Origin: an uncultured Gemmatimonadaceae bacterium
Lineage (GTDB): Bacteria; Gemmatimonadota; Gemmatimonadetes; Gemmatimonadales; Gemmatimonadaceae
Direction: 5' to 3'
Length of the DNA stretch: 64,000 nucleotides
Assembly (NCBI GenBank): GCA_963829055.1
Contig: CAWHHI010000006.1
Location: 559,331 to 623,330 of the forward strand
Under the pieces are notes generated by a model, which made no database searches, was not told the DNA's origin, and saw nothing but the letters and a program-made list of their open reading frames with translations. The translations under genes and the position numbers were made by a program. This document shows, in pieces, positions 40,176 to 50,878 of the stretch; the stretch's first letter is position 1, and each line of letters begins with the position of its first letter.

Positions 40176-41414
40176 TCACTCGATCTCGAGGACCCGGTAG
40201 TGGATCTGGCCGCCCGGCGTGACGATCGTGACCTCGTCGCCGACGCGGCGGCCCATGAGCGCGGCGCCGACCGGCGAGATGCTCGAGATCCGGCCCTCGC
40301 GGCTGTTCGCCTCGGCCGAGCCGACGACCTGCAGCTCCACGGTCTCCTCGCCGTCCTCGTCGAGCTTGACGCGCGACCCGATCTCCACCCGGGCGCCCCG
40401 CTCGGTGGGCGCGACCACCTGGGCGACCTTGAGCTTGGCCTCGAGCGCCTTGATCCGGCCCTCGAGGAAGCCCTGCTCCTCGCGAGCGGCGTGGTACTCG
40501 GCGTTCTCCTTGAGATCCCCGTGCTCGCGCGCCGTCGCGATGCGCTTGATGACGCCCGGCCGCTCGGCGAGCAGCCCGGCGAGCTCGGCCTGCAGCCGCT
40601 CGAGGCCCTCTGCCGACACGAGTACCGGTTCCGGCGGCGGCTTGCGCGGCGATCCCTGCGCGGCGTAGGCGGCCGCGGACGCCACGCGACCGGCTCCCCG
40701 TCCGGGCGCCGGCCGTCGGGCGCGCTTGGCCTCGTCCCTCGCGCCGTCGGCGTCGCCCGGCGGGAACTTGACGATGCGCTTGACCGGCTTCGGCTCGGGC
40801 GCCTTGACCTCGGGCAGCAGCGGGTTCGTGATGCCCGTCTCCTTGCGGATCCCCGACGGTGACCGCAGGACCGCCCACGGCAGGAGGCTGGCGGCGACGC
40901 CGGCAGCGCTCTTCACGACGGCCGCGCGGTCCGCGTCGCTGATCCCGGCCGCGAAGGCTTCGAGCAGTGCGTCCTCGTACTCCTCGAGCGCGTCGGTGCC
41001 GGCCCACCAGACCCGCAGGTCGCCCGGGTTGCGCAGGAAGTGCAGCCACAGGCCCGAGGCGGCCGGCTTGGCGTCGCCCGGCACCGTCTTCACGATCGCG
41101 GCGACGCGACCTGCGACGGAGCCCTGCGTGCTGCCGATGTACAGGACGGGCTGATCGGGCAGCCAGAACGATGACAGCCGCTGCGACAGCTCGCGGGACG
41201 CCGGGCGGACGCCGTCGAGGTGCAGCTCCGGCACCCGCTCGAGCCACTTGCCGACCAGCGCGAGATCGAGGCCCGGCGCCGGTTGCGGCGCGGCGAGCTC
41301 GACGACGAACACGCCGGGTGCGGAGTGGCGGATCGGGCGGCCCCAGATGGCGGGTCCGTCGGCGATCAGCCCGACCTCGCGCAACAGGTCGGCGGCGGTG
41401 CGAGCAGTGGGCAT
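40176..41414 (-). CDS. greA: Transcription elongation factor GreA with a ~250-aa N-terminal extension (GIY-YIG-like)
   Basis: C-terminal EGLERLQAEL...AREHGDLKENAEYHAAREEQ...IVGS-like VVGSAEA...ISSISPVGAALMG; single uninterrupted 412-aa ORF. Confidence 0.9.
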   Translation of the reverse strand: MPTARTAADLLREVGLIADGPAIWGRPIRHSAPGVFVVELAAPQPAPGLDLALVGKWLERVPELHLDGVRPASRELSQRLSSFWLPDQPVLYIGSTQGSVAGRVAAIVKTVPGDAKPAASGLWLHFLRNPGDLRVWWAGTDALEEYEDALLEAFAAGISDADRAAVVKSAAGVAASLLPWAVLRSPSGIRKETGITNPLLPEVKAPEPKPVKRIVKFPPGDADGARDEAKRARRPAPGRGAGRVASAAAYAAQGSPRKPPPEPVLVSAEGLERLQAELAGLLAERPGVIKRIATAREHGDLKENAEYHAAREEQGFLEGRIKALEAKLKVAQVVAPTERGARVEIGSRVKLDEDGEETVELQVVGSAEANSREGRISSISPVGAALMGRRVGDEVTIVTPGGQIHYRVLEIE

Positions 41415-41513
41415 GTTCGATCGTGTCCCCGGGAGCCTGGGGTTCTGGGCCGGACGGCGCGGACGGGCTCGCGGCGGCGCGCCTGTGGCCTCTCAGCGTA
41501 TCGTCTCACCGTC

Positions 41514-42989
41514 ATGCCCACCGAGCCGACCCCGCGCCGACCGTCGACCGGCGCAAGCGCCGCTCGTCCGATCGCCGGCCCAGACGCCCGCCGCTCGTCC
41601 GTCACGCCCGTCCGCCTCGGTGTGGCGACCGTGCTGGTCATCGCCGTGCTGGTCGCGGGCTTCGGCCTGCTGGGCGGGTCGGGAAACCGGCCGTCCGGCG
41701 TCGCGGCAGCCGCGACCTCGGCCCTGACGGGATCGCCGTCGGCGACCCTTGCGGTCACCGCCGCCGGCTCCGCCTCGCCTGACGCGTCGGCCACCGAGGC
41801 CCCCGCGACCGAGCGGGCGACCCCCGACTCCTCGACCGAGCCCACCGCCACACCGACCCCCGATCCAACACCGACGCCGACCGCAACCCCACCGGCCACG
41901 GCCACCCCGGAACCCCCCGGCAACGGCGGTTCGACCGCCGTCGTCGGCCACAAGGCCCTCCAGCGCCGCCTCGACGCCTGGCGTGCGAAGCACTTCGTGC
42001 CCGGCGTCTCGGTCGCGATGCTGTGGGACGACGGCCGCACCTGGCTCGGCACCTCGGGCGACGCCGACATCGCGTCCGGTCGAGCAGTGACGCCCGAGAC
42101 CGGTTTCGCCCTCGCGTCGATCTCGAAGACCTTCACGGCGGCGGTCGTCCTGGATCTCGTCGACGAGGGCAAGCTGCGACTGGACGAGCGGGTCGCGCCG
42201 CTGCTGCCAGAGCTCGGCATCGATCGGCGGGTGACGGTGCGGATGCTGCTCGACCACACGAGCGACCTGAACGACTTCTTCTTCAACCCGAAGATCGACC
42301 ATGCGCTGCAGTCCAACCCGGACGCCACGTGGAACGCCAAGCGAACGTGGCGCTACGTGCCGCCGGGCCGGATCCGGCCGGGCAAGGTCTGGGCCTACTC
42401 GAACACGAACTACCTCGCCCTTGGCGAGCTCGTCCGGGCGGTCGATGACCGGCCCCTGGCCAAGGAGATCCGGGCGAGGCTGCTGGATCCACTGGGCCTC
42501 GAGCACGCGTGGTACCAGGCGGCCGAGAAGCCGCGGACCGAGCTCAGCACCGGCTACCGGCTGGTGCCCGGACCGACAGGGGGCGCGCGCGCCGTCCCGG
42601 TCGCGCCGGCGAGCGAGGTCATGCCGTTCCGGTCCGTGGTCACCGCCGCGGGGGGCGCGGGCTCGATCGCGGCAACGGCCGAGGACACCGCGCGCTGGAT
42701 GCAGGCGTTCGCCGGCGGGAGGGTGCTCTCGCCCGCGATGCAGACGGCGATGCTGGGCGACGTCGCCTACACCCGGGCGCTCCACGCGCGGATCCCGTAC
42801 GGCCTGGGGATCCAGCAACTGTCGATCGCCGGGCGGCCCGCGCTCGGCCATTCCGGTCGCTACCTCGGCTACCGCAACGTGGTCCGCTACCTGCCGGCGG
42901 ATGGGGTAACGATCGCGGTGCTCACCAACCAGGGGGTCGTCGACCCCGCGGTGGTCGCGGCGCAGCTGCTGAAGATCGCCCTTCGGTAG
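41514..42989 (+). CDS. Membrane-anchored serine hydrolase (beta-lactamase class C / D-Ala-D-Ala carboxypeptidase-like)
   Basis: TM segment plus PT-rich linker; SxxK (SISK), YSN, GHSG; LLDHTS. Confidence 0.88.
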   Translation: MPTEPTPRRPSTGASAARPIAGPDARRSSVTPVRLGVATVLVIAVLVAGFGLLGGSGNRPSGVAAAATSALTGSPSATLAVTAAGSASPDASATEAPATERATPDSSTEPTATPTPDPTPTPTATPPATATPEPPGNGGSTAVVGHKALQRRLDAWRAKHFVPGVSVAMLWDDGRTWLGTSGDADIASGRAVTPETGFALASISKTFTAAVVLDLVDEGKLRLDERVAPLLPELGIDRRVTVRMLLDHTSDLNDFFFNPKIDHALQSNPDATWNAKRTWRYVPPGRIRPGKVWAYSNTNYLALGELVRAVDDRPLAKEIRARLLDPLGLEHAWYQAAEKPRTELSTGYRLVPGPTGGARAVPVAPASEVMPFRSVVTAAGGAGSIAATAEDTARWMQAFAGGRVLSPAMQTAMLGDVAYTRALHARIPYGLGIQQLSIAGRPALGHSGRYLGYRNVVRYLPADGVTIAVLTNQGVVDPAVVAAQLLKIALR

Positions 42990-43031
42990 GGACCGCGTGA
43001 GGCGTCAGCCCGCCGCTGACGGGACCGGCGG

Positions 43032-44318
43032 TCAGGCGACCCCGGAGCGGCGGCGGCTGGATCGAGCGGGCGGCGCGCCCCGGCGTGCACCGGCGCCGGC
43101 ATAGCTGCTGGCCCCTCGCGGTGTCCGGAGCGGCTGCGGCTCGGCGTCGCGCCGCGGCACGAACCCGGGCTCGGTGGTCCACGGGATCGCGACCCGAATG
43201 AGCCGCTGGACGCCGCGCAGGAGGTCTGCCTCGTCGATGCACACGAGGCTGACCGCGTCGCCCGTCGCGCCCGCCCGGCCCGTGCGGCCGATGCGGTGGA
43301 CGTAGTCCTCGGGGTTCCACGGCAGCTCGAAGTTCACGACATGCGGCAGGTCCTCGATGTCGAGGCCGCGGGCGGCGACGTCGGTGGCCACGAGGACGCG
43401 GATCTCGCCCGCCTTGAACGCCTCGAGCGCCTTGGTCCGGTCGGACTGCGCGCGGTCGGAGTGGATCGCGGTCGCGGCGACGCCGTGCCGGTCCAGCCAC
43501 GAGGCCAGGCGCGAGGCCGCGATCTTGGTCCGGCGTGAACACGAGCACCTGGTGCCAGTCGCCTTCGACGATCAGGTGGGCGAGCAGCTCCTCCTTGCGA
43601 TCGCGGTCGACCGGGTAGACGAGCTGGCGCACGTTCTCGGCGGCCGTGCCGTGGCGGGCGACCTCGATCGTGACCGGATTGCGCAGGATCGAGCCCGCGA
43701 GGCGCTTGATGTCGTCCGAGAACGTCGCCGAGAACAGCAGCGTCTGCTGGCGCGACGGCAGGAGCTTCGAGGATCCGCTGGATGTCGGGCATGAAGCCCA
43801 TGTCCAGCATGCGGTCGGCCTCGTCGAGCACGAGGATCTCGACCTGGCCGAGGTTTGCCGCGCGCTGGCCGACGAGGTCGAGGAGGCGGCCGGGCGTCGC
43901 GACGAGGATCTCGATGCCGGCGCGCAGCTCCTTGATCTGGGGATCGAGGGGCACGCCGCCGTACACCACCGCCGACCGCAGGGGCGACGTTCCGGCTGTA
44001 CGTCTTGACGCTCTCGGCGACCTGGACGGCGAGCTCGCGCGTCGGCGTCAGGACGAGGCACCGGACGGGGTGCCGCGCCGGCGAGAACGAGGTGTTCGAC
44101 TGCGGTCGCAGACGGTCGAGGATCGGGAGGGTGAACGCCGCGGTCTTGCCGGTGCCGGTCTGCGCGGCGGCGAGCACGTCCGTGCCCTGGAGGACGAGAG
44201 GGATCGCCCGTTCCTGCACCGGCGTCGGCTCGGTGTACCCCTCTTCCGTAACGGTCCGCAACAGGATGTCGGACAGGCCTAGTTCATCAAAGCGCAAGGT
44301 TGGTCTGCTTCTCTGCAT
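43032..44318 (-). CDS. DEAD-box RNA helicase, RhlE-like (frameshifted)
   Basis: Q-motif [58 protein letters not shown]. Confidence 0.95.
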
Positions 44319-44437
44319 CTCGGTCGCATGGGCAGCGACCCTGTGGTCGAAATCTCATTTCCGGCGCGGCGCCCACCCGGCTGCGCGGGGGCGGCGGCTA
44401 CCGCCGGTTCGCGCGGAGCATACCCGACAATGGGCCG

Positions 44438-44938
44438 ATGGGCGCACAGGGAACGCGCGCGATCGAGGCGGCGAGCCGCGCCGGCGTCCCGTATTCAGTG
44501 CATGAATATGCGCACGACGAGCGGGCGACGCTGCGTGAAGGTGGTCGCGGCTATGCGCTCGAGGCCGTGGCGGCGCTCGGCCTGGAGCCTGCCCGGGTGT
44601 TCAAGACGCTGGTCGTCTCGGTCGACGGCCGGCTCGGGATCGCGGTCGTGCCGGCGGACGCCGAGGTGGATCTGAAGGCGGTCGCCGATGCGCTCGGCGG
44701 CCGCAAGGCGTCGATGGCCGCCCCTGCCGATGCCGAGCGGGCGACGGGGTACGTGCTGGGCGGGATCAGCCCCCTCGGGACGCGCCGGCCGCTGCCGACG
44801 GTGCTCGACGCCTCGGCCACCGACTGGTCGACGATCCACGTCTCCGCCGGGCGGCGCGGCCTGGAGATCGAGCTGGCGGCCACGGACCTTGCGCGGCTCA
44901 CGGGTGGGGTGACGGCGCCGATCGCCCGGCGCGGCTGA
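44438..44938 (+). CDS. ybaK: Cys-tRNA(Pro) deacylase
   Basis: VFKTLVV, AERATGYVLGGISPLG, VSAGRRGLEIEL. Confidence 0.92.
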   Translation: MGAQGTRAIEAASRAGVPYSVHEYAHDERATLREGGRGYALEAVAALGLEPARVFKTLVVSVDGRLGIAVVPADAEVDLKAVADALGGRKASMAAPADAERATGYVLGGISPLGTRRPLPTVLDASATDWSTIHVSAGRRGLEIELAATDLARLTGGVTAPIARRG

Positions 44939-44963
44939 GCGGGCCACCCTCCATCCGCCGGCC

Positions 44964-45614
44964 TTGCGCACCGGTCGTCGACGTCGCATCCTGCCGCGCA
45001 TGGCGCGGGGCCTCGGTCTGGCGGTCGACCTGGCGATCAAGGTCGCGGTGATCGGGCTGTCGCTCTACCCGCTCGTGAACCCCGAGTCCTCGCACTTCGC
45101 GGGCAAGGCGATGGGCGTGCGAGCCCTGATCTACCCGGTGTTCGTCCTGCTCATCCCCGTGGTGTGGCTGGCCGCCGGGCGGCCACGGCCGTATCCGGTT
45201 CTCGCCGACATTGCGCTCGGGCTGCCGTTCGTGATCGACGCCGGGTCGAACGTGCTCGGGCTGTTCGCGATCCCCGGCTTCGACGCGCTGCCACACGCGA
45301 TCGGCTGGTTCTGCCTCTCGATCGCCTTCGGCCTTGCCGTCGCGCCTCTCGTCGGGGCGAGGTGGGTGGCCTTCCTCCTCGTCGTCGGGTTCGGGGCGTC
45401 GATCGACATCCTGTGGGAGATCGGCGAGTACCTGTTGATGCGGAGCGGGTCATCCGGCCTCGCCCTCACCTACGACAACACCATCCAGGACCTGGCGATG
45501 TCGTTCATCGGCGCGGTCGCGGCCGCCGCCGTCGTCGTGACCGTGCTGTGGCCGCGCGACGGGACGCCCAGGGCGCCGTTCGGCTGGAGCGTCGCCAGCG
45601 GGTCCGAGCCCTAG
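44964..45614 (+). CDS. Integral membrane hypothetical protein (DUF2238-like)
   Basis: About 6 TM segments; FDALPH, LWEIGEY, DNTIQDL. Confidence 0.55.
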   Translation: MRTGRRRRILPRMARGLGLAVDLAIKVAVIGLSLYPLVNPESSHFAGKAMGVRALIYPVFVLLIPVVWLAAGRPRPYPVLADIALGLPFVIDAGSNVLGLFAIPGFDALPHAIGWFCLSIAFGLAVAPLVGARWVAFLLVVGFGASIDILWEIGEYLLMRSGSSGLALTYDNTIQDLAMSFIGAVAAAAVVVTVLWPRDGTPRAPFGWSVASGSEP

Positions 45615-46420
45615 CCGGCGATCTCCGCTCGTTCCGTCCACAGGGCGGCGAGCACGAGCGCCCCGATCAGCCACAGCGCCACCACGACGACCGCCACGTC
45701 CGGGCCGAGGCTCACCGTGGGTCCGCCGCCGCCGCCACCACCGCCCCCGCCTTCGGCGATCACCGCCGAGGCCGCGGAGAACGGGAACCACTTGAAGACG
45801 TTGGGCAGGAAGATCCCGGCGATGTTCTGGACCACCAGCAGCCCGATGCCCACGCCGATGCCCGCGAGCTGGCTGCGGGCGACAGTCGCGATCGCGAACC
45901 CGATCGCCGCCTCCATCGACAGGGCGAGCGATGCGCGGCCGATGAGCTCGGGCAGGGTGAGGATGGCGGACTGCTGCCCGGCGCCGTCGAGCGGCACGCC
46001 GAGGATGGCCGAGCCGATCGCGGCACCGACGAGCGCGAGCGCGTAGGCGGCCAGGAACCCGATCACCACGGCCACGACCACGCCCAGATACCCGACGAGC
46101 GTGTAGCGGCTCCGGCTCTCGCCCCGGGCAATGGCCGCCTTGAGCGTGCCCCACGGCCACTCGGAGCCGGCGATCGCCGCCCCGAACGTCAACGCCAGGA
46201 TGCCGCCCAGGCCCAGGACGAGCGACGCCGCGTTCGCGTAGGCGCCCGGGAACGTCACGACCAGCTGCGCCGCGAGCTTCGCCTGCGGGTTCTCGGCTTG
46301 CTGCGAGCTGGCGATCAGCGCGAGGTACAGCAGCCCGACGAGCGCGACGAGGAGCAGGAACGTCACCCAGGTCGCGGGTCGCCGGACGAGCTTGCGGAGG
46401 TTGGCACGCAGCAGCCTCAT
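45611..46420 (-). CDS. ABC-2 type transporter permease
   Basis: GSEWPWGTLK.....SR motif; about 6 TM segments. Confidence 0.85.
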   Translation of the reverse strand: MRLLRANLRKLVRRPATWVTFLLLVALVGLLYLALIASSQQAENPQAKLAAQLVVTFPGAYANAASLVLGLGGILALTFGAAIAGSEWPWGTLKAAIARGESRSRYTLVGYLGVVVAVVIGFLAAYALALVGAAIGSAILGVPLDGAGQQSAILTLPELIGRASLALSMEAAIGFAIATVARSQLAGIGVGIGLLVVQNIAGIFLPNVFKWFPFSAASAVIAEGGGGGGGGGGPTVSLGPDVAVVVVALWLIGALVLAALWTERAEIAG

Positions 46421-47454
46421 TGCTTCCACCCGGTCGGCTCGGGCTTGGTGCCTGGGTCGTTGGCCCACACCGTGGGCGGCGCGCCCGGTCCGCCCGCCGG
46501 GTCGCCCGGGCCGCCGCCGACGTCGGGACGCGACGCGGTCAGCTCCAGGAACAGCGATTCGAGGTTGGAGCCGCCCTCGATCCGCGACGCGAACACGCCC
46601 GCGCCCGCCAGCGCGCGGTTCAGCTCCGCCGATCGGTCGGGGTCGATCTTGACGCTCAGCCAGCCGCCTTCCGGGCCGTCCTCGGGGGTCACCGTGCCGT
46701 CCCCGGCGATGCGGGTCAGCAGCTCGGCCGCCGTGGGGACCTCCGCCGGCGCCACCCGGATCCGGATCGAGCCCTCCTCGCGCAGCAGCGTCTCGACCGA
46801 GCCCTCGCGGATGAGCCGCCCGTGCCCGATGATCCCGACGACGTCGGCCAGCTGCTGGACCTCGGACAGGATGTGGCTCGAGACGAACACGGTCTTGCCC
46901 GACGCGGCGAGGGCGCGCAGCGAATCGCGCATGCCGACGATCCCGGCGGGGTCGAGACCGTTGGCCGGCTCGTCGAGCAGCAGCAGCTTCGGGTCGTTGA
47001 GGAGGGCCGCGGCGATCCCCAGCCGCTGCTTCATGCCGAGGGAGTAGCCCGAGACCTTGTCCCGGCCGCGCTCGCCGAGGTTCACGAGCTCGAGGACCTC
47101 GTCGATCCGGGCGCGCGTGACCGTCGCCCCGGTCGCAGCCAGGGCGCGCAGGTTCTCGCGGCCCGACAGGAACGGGTAGAACGACGGCGACTCGATCAGC
47201 GCGCCGACCTCGAACAGGCGCTTGCGGTCGCCCCGCCCGAACGGCCGCCCGAGCAGCTCGACCCGCCCGCTGTCCGGCCGGATCAGGCCGGTGAGGATCC
47301 GCATCGTCGTGGTCTTGCCGGCCCCGTTGGGCCCGAGGAACCCGTACACGACGCCGGTCGGCACGCGCAGGTCGAGCCCGTCGAGGGCCACCTGGGACCC
47401 GTACTTCTTGGCCAGCCGCTCGGTCGCCAGCGCCACCCCGGGATCAGCCGTCAC
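46417..47454 (-). CDS. ABC transporter ATP-binding protein (BcrA-like)
   Basis: GPNGAGKTT, YSLGMKQRLGIA, LDEPANGLDP, SSHILSE. Confidence 0.93.
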   Translation of the reverse strand: MTADPGVALATERLAKKYGSQVALDGLDLRVPTGVVYGFLGPNGAGKTTTMRILTGLIRPDSGRVELLGRPFGRGDRKRLFEVGALIESPSFYPFLSGRENLRALAATGATVTRARIDEVLELVNLGERGRDKVSGYSLGMKQRLGIAAALLNDPKLLLLDEPANGLDPAGIVGMRDSLRALAASGKTVFVSSHILSEVQQLADVVGIIGHGRLIREGSVETLLREEGSIRIRVAPAEVPTAAELLTRIAGDGTVTPEDGPEGGWLSVKIDPDRSAELNRALAGAGVFASRIEGGSNLESLFLELTASRPDVGGGPGDPAGGPGAPPTVWANDPGTKPEPTGWKQ

Positions 47455-47568
47455 CCTCGCCCTCCCCGCGAACTCTCTTCGCACCTGGTCGGGGTGCGGC
47501 TACGCACCAAACGATAGCCCAGGGGTTGATGACCTTTTCGGCGGATGGTGGTTCCGGGATTGGTGGGG

Positions 47569-47597
47569 TTCACTACAAACCCATCGCGTGGCATACT
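47569..47597 (+). promoter_or_regulatory. Sigma70-like promoter candidate
   Basis: TTCACT-17 bp-CATACT with an extended TG, about 250 nt before the RBS AGAGGAGG. Confidence 0.4.
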
Positions 47598-47853
47598 TCC
47601 CCGGTCCACGGGGGATGCCCACCCGAACGCAGACAGGCCAACAACCGAAGAGCCGTCGTCACGGACAGGCACCTGTCGCGCCCCCTCGGGTGGTCCGCCG
47701 CCCGGTCCCGGATCGTCTCGTCGATCCACGTCGCCCCGCCCAGCGGTTTCCGACGCGCCGCCCCCCGCCGCCCCATGCCTGCCACCGACGGCCACCACTC
47801 CCACCGTCGCCCTGCCCCATGCATGGCGTTCCGGCAGAGAGGAGGCAAGACGA

Positions 47854-48700
47854 TTGCCCGATAGCGAACAAGGCGCCCAGCGGGCGTCTGCCAGGAAGCT
47901 CCGGTCCGCGCTGATCGGCGTCTTCGCCGCCCTCGTCATCGTGACCGCGATGAGCGCCACGGCGCCGCCCGCGCAGGCGGCGTCCCAGAAGGTCGTCATC
48001 GTCGTCGGTCCCGTCGGCTCCGCCACCGCCGATTACAAGCACGGCGCCCGCAAGCTCGCCGACAAGGCTCGCAGGCTACGGCGCCCGCGTGGTGGAGATC
48101 TTCAGCCCCTACGCGACGTGGTCACGCGTCCACGACGCCGCCCAGGGCGCGAACATCCTGATCTACCTCGGCCACGGCAACGGCTGGCCCAGCCCGTATC
48201 GCCCGTTCATGGACACGTCGAAGGACGGCATGGGCCTCAACGCCAGCTCGGGCCACGGCAACTCGAACACGAAGTATTACGGCGAGTACTACATGGAGCG
48301 GCTGGGCCTCGCGTCGCACGCCGTGGTCCTGCTCAACCGGCTGTGCTACGCCTCGGGCAACAACGAGTGGGGCGCCGGCAACCCGACCCTCAAGACCGCC
48401 AAGAAGCGGGTCGACAACTACGGGTACGGGTTCATCAAGGGCGGTGCCCAGGCCGTGTTCGCCAGCGGCATCACCGACGTGGGCTACGTCCTCAAGGGCC
48501 TGTTCACGGGCTCGAAGGCGATGTCGATGTCGGACCTGTTCTGGACCGACCCGACCCGGACCGTCCGGTACAAGGTCAGCTTCGACTCGCGGCGGATCAA
48601 CGGGGTGTCGGCGCGCATGGACCCGTACAAGGCGCATCGCTACTACCGATCCGTGGTCGGACGGCTCAACACGACGGTGGGGGACTGGCGCAGCGGCTGA
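47854..48700 (+). CDS. Secreted protein with clan CD (gingipain/caspase-like) His-Cys motifs (frameshift near 48075)
   Basis: AGAGGAGG RBS, TTG start, signal peptide ending AQA; LIYLGHGNG and VVLLNRLCYASG. Confidence 0.6.
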
Positions 48701-48727
48701 TCGCCAACGGCCCTGGCGGAACCACGC

Positions 48728-48757
48728 GACGGCGCCGGTCAGCGTACCGGCGCCGTC
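48728..48757. terminator. Hairpin between convergent genes
   Basis: GACGGCGCCGGT-cagcgt-ACCGGCGCCGTC, 12-bp perfect stem. Confidence 0.55.
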
Positions 48758-48793
48758 TCGATTCCCGCTGGGTCCGCCTCCGGCGGGCGGCGA

Positions 48794-50068
48794 TCAGACG
48801 GGCGAGGCGACGGCGGTCGGCACCGCGTCCCGCTCGCCGCGGAACAGGGACCAGGCGACGACCGCCGCGAGCAGCGCCACCGCGCCGCCGACCGCGAACA
48901 CCACGCGGATCCCGGTGATGTCGGCGAGGATGCCGGCCGCCGCCATGGACACGATCGACGCGGTCTGGATGGCGGCGTTGAGCGCCCCCGCGACGCGGCC
49001 GCGCGTCTCGTTCGTGGTCGCGCGCTGGACGATCGTCATGGTCGTCGCCTGCACCGGCATCACGAACCAGCCGACCGCGAACATCACGATGAGGAGGGCC
49101 CACGGCCCGGGCGCGATCGACAGCAGGCCGACGCACAGGGCCAGGCCGGCGATGCCGCCGACGAACAGGCGCGGGATGCTGAACCGGGTCGACAGGCCGC
49201 CCATCAGGCCGCCGGCGAGGATCATCGACAGCGGTCTGGGCGCCCTCGAGGGGACCGGCCCACGCCGGGCTCGCGCCGAGGTCGTTGACCAGGAACGGGA
49301 TGAACAGGACGTTGATGGCGCCGACGCCGAGCATCACGACCGACACGCCGCTCGAGCGCGGCGACCAGCCACCGCGAGCGGCCGATGATCCGCAGCCCGT
49401 CGGCGACGGCACCGCCGAGGCCCTGCGTCTTCGCCTTGGCGACCGCGAGCGCGTCCGGCCGCCCGAGCTCGCGGGTCACGCCGTAGACGAGCACGACCGA
49501 CACGAGGAACGATGCCGCGTCGACGACGAGGACCGGCCACACGACCCCGGCCAGGCCCGCGATCAGCCCGGTCACCCCGGCGCCGATGACGCCGGCGACC
49601 ATGCGCGTCGCCTGCCCGATGGAGTTCGCGACCAGGAGGCCCTCGGCGGGGACGACGCGCGGCAGCATCGCCATCCGCGCAGGGCGAGAAGAAGGTGCCG
49701 ATGATCGCCTGGATGCACGCGAGCGCGAACAGGAGCGCAACGGCCTCGCGGGTCGCGGCGAACACCATCGCCAGCACGACGATCGAGCGCAGGCTGTCGG
49801 ACGCGAGCATGATCCGCCGCCGGTCGTGCCGGTCGGCCCACGCCCCGGCGAACAGGCCGACGGTGACCGGCGGCAGCGCCACCAGGATCGACATCAGGGC
49901 GATCGCCGCCGTGGAGCCGGTGAGGTCGAGGACGAGCAGGAACAGCGCGAGATAGGTCATCCCGTCGCCGACGTCGGAGATCGCCTGGGCGAGGTAGAGC
50001 CGCCGGAAGTCGGGGATTCGGAGCAGGTCGCGGACGCCGATCGCGGCCGCGGCGGGCTGGTCAGTCAT
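48794..50068 (-). CDS. MFS transporter (frameshifted)
   Basis: [36 protein letters not shown]. Confidence 0.88.
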
Positions 50069-50762
50069 CGTTCGCTCCGTCGCTGTTGGGTTCGGGTGAC
50101 TCGTGGTCCTCGCCGCCGCCGGCGGCGGCTTCGGCGGGCCTCGGCATCGGGTAGACCGCGAACACGACGCCGTACGCCTCGGCGCCGGGGTCGGGCTCCT
50201 CGCCGAACTCGTCCTCGAGCGCCTTGATGCGCTCGCGGAGCTCGGCGGCCCTGGCGGGCGAGAGCCGGGCGATGCCGCGCGACAGGACGACGCGCCGCTC
50301 GGCCGGGGCGTCGTCGGCGGTGTCGATGACGCCGCTCCGGATGGACTCCTCGATCTCGTTCCGTGCCGTGTCGAACACCGTCACGAGGGTGTCGTGGAGG
50401 ACCTGGCGCTGGGCCTCGGAGTCGCCGGCGAGGAGCCGGCGGTCGAGCTGGAACGACTTGGCGACGACGCGGTACCGGGTCTCGATGATCCCGGACACGA
50501 TCCGGCGCTCGACGGGACGGATGAGGTCGCGCTCGAGCAGCTGCTCGACGTGGTGGTACAGGCGCGTCGGGGGGACGCCGATCTCGGTCGCCAGCTCCTT
50601 GACCGACCAGGCGGGGTCCTGGCGCTGGACCATCGTCTCGAGGATCCGGAGGCGGGTCGGGTCCGAGATCGCGCGCAGGCTCTCGATGTCGCCGATCATC
50701 CGGACGTCCTGGGGCAGGAAGTCGGGATCGAGCGGGGCCTGGTCACGCGGGTCGCTTGACAT
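50061..50762 (-). CDS. ArsR-like winged-helix transcriptional regulator
   Basis: LRAISDPTRLRIL...SVKELA......RLYHHV..L...GIIETRYR. Confidence 0.85.
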   Translation of the reverse strand: MSSDPRDQAPLDPDFLPQDVRMIGDIESLRAISDPTRLRILETMVQRQDPAWSVKELATEIGVPPTRLYHHVEQLLERDLIRPVERRIVSGIIETRYRVVAKSFQLDRRLLAGDSEAQRQVLHDTLVTVFDTARNEIEESIRSGVIDTADDAPAERRVVLSRGIARLSPARAAELRERIKALEDEFGEEPDPGAEAYGVVFAVYPMPRPAEAAAGGGEDHESPEPNSDGANDD

Positions 50763-50779
50763 TCGCTCTCCATAGATCA

Positions 50780-50827
50780 TTCAACCGATGTTGAACGATA
50801 GGATGCACGCTGAATGGCGGTTGTCAA
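50780..50827 (-). promoter_or_regulatory. Promoter with a palindromic operator for the regulator-MFS operon
   Basis: Minus strand TTGACA (50822-50827), 16 bp, CATCCT; inverted repeat TTCAAC-cgat-GTTGAA at 50780-50795. Confidence 0.55.
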
Positions 50828-50878
50828 GGGTGTTTCTTCGCGCGCCTCGGGCCGAGCCGGATGCGGCACCATGGGCGG

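Noticed and set aside
41514..42989. Beta-lactam resistance gene
   Set aside because: SxxK/YxN/HSG motifs define a broad serine hydrolase family; the membrane anchor and PT linker fit a cell-wall peptidase or esterase better.
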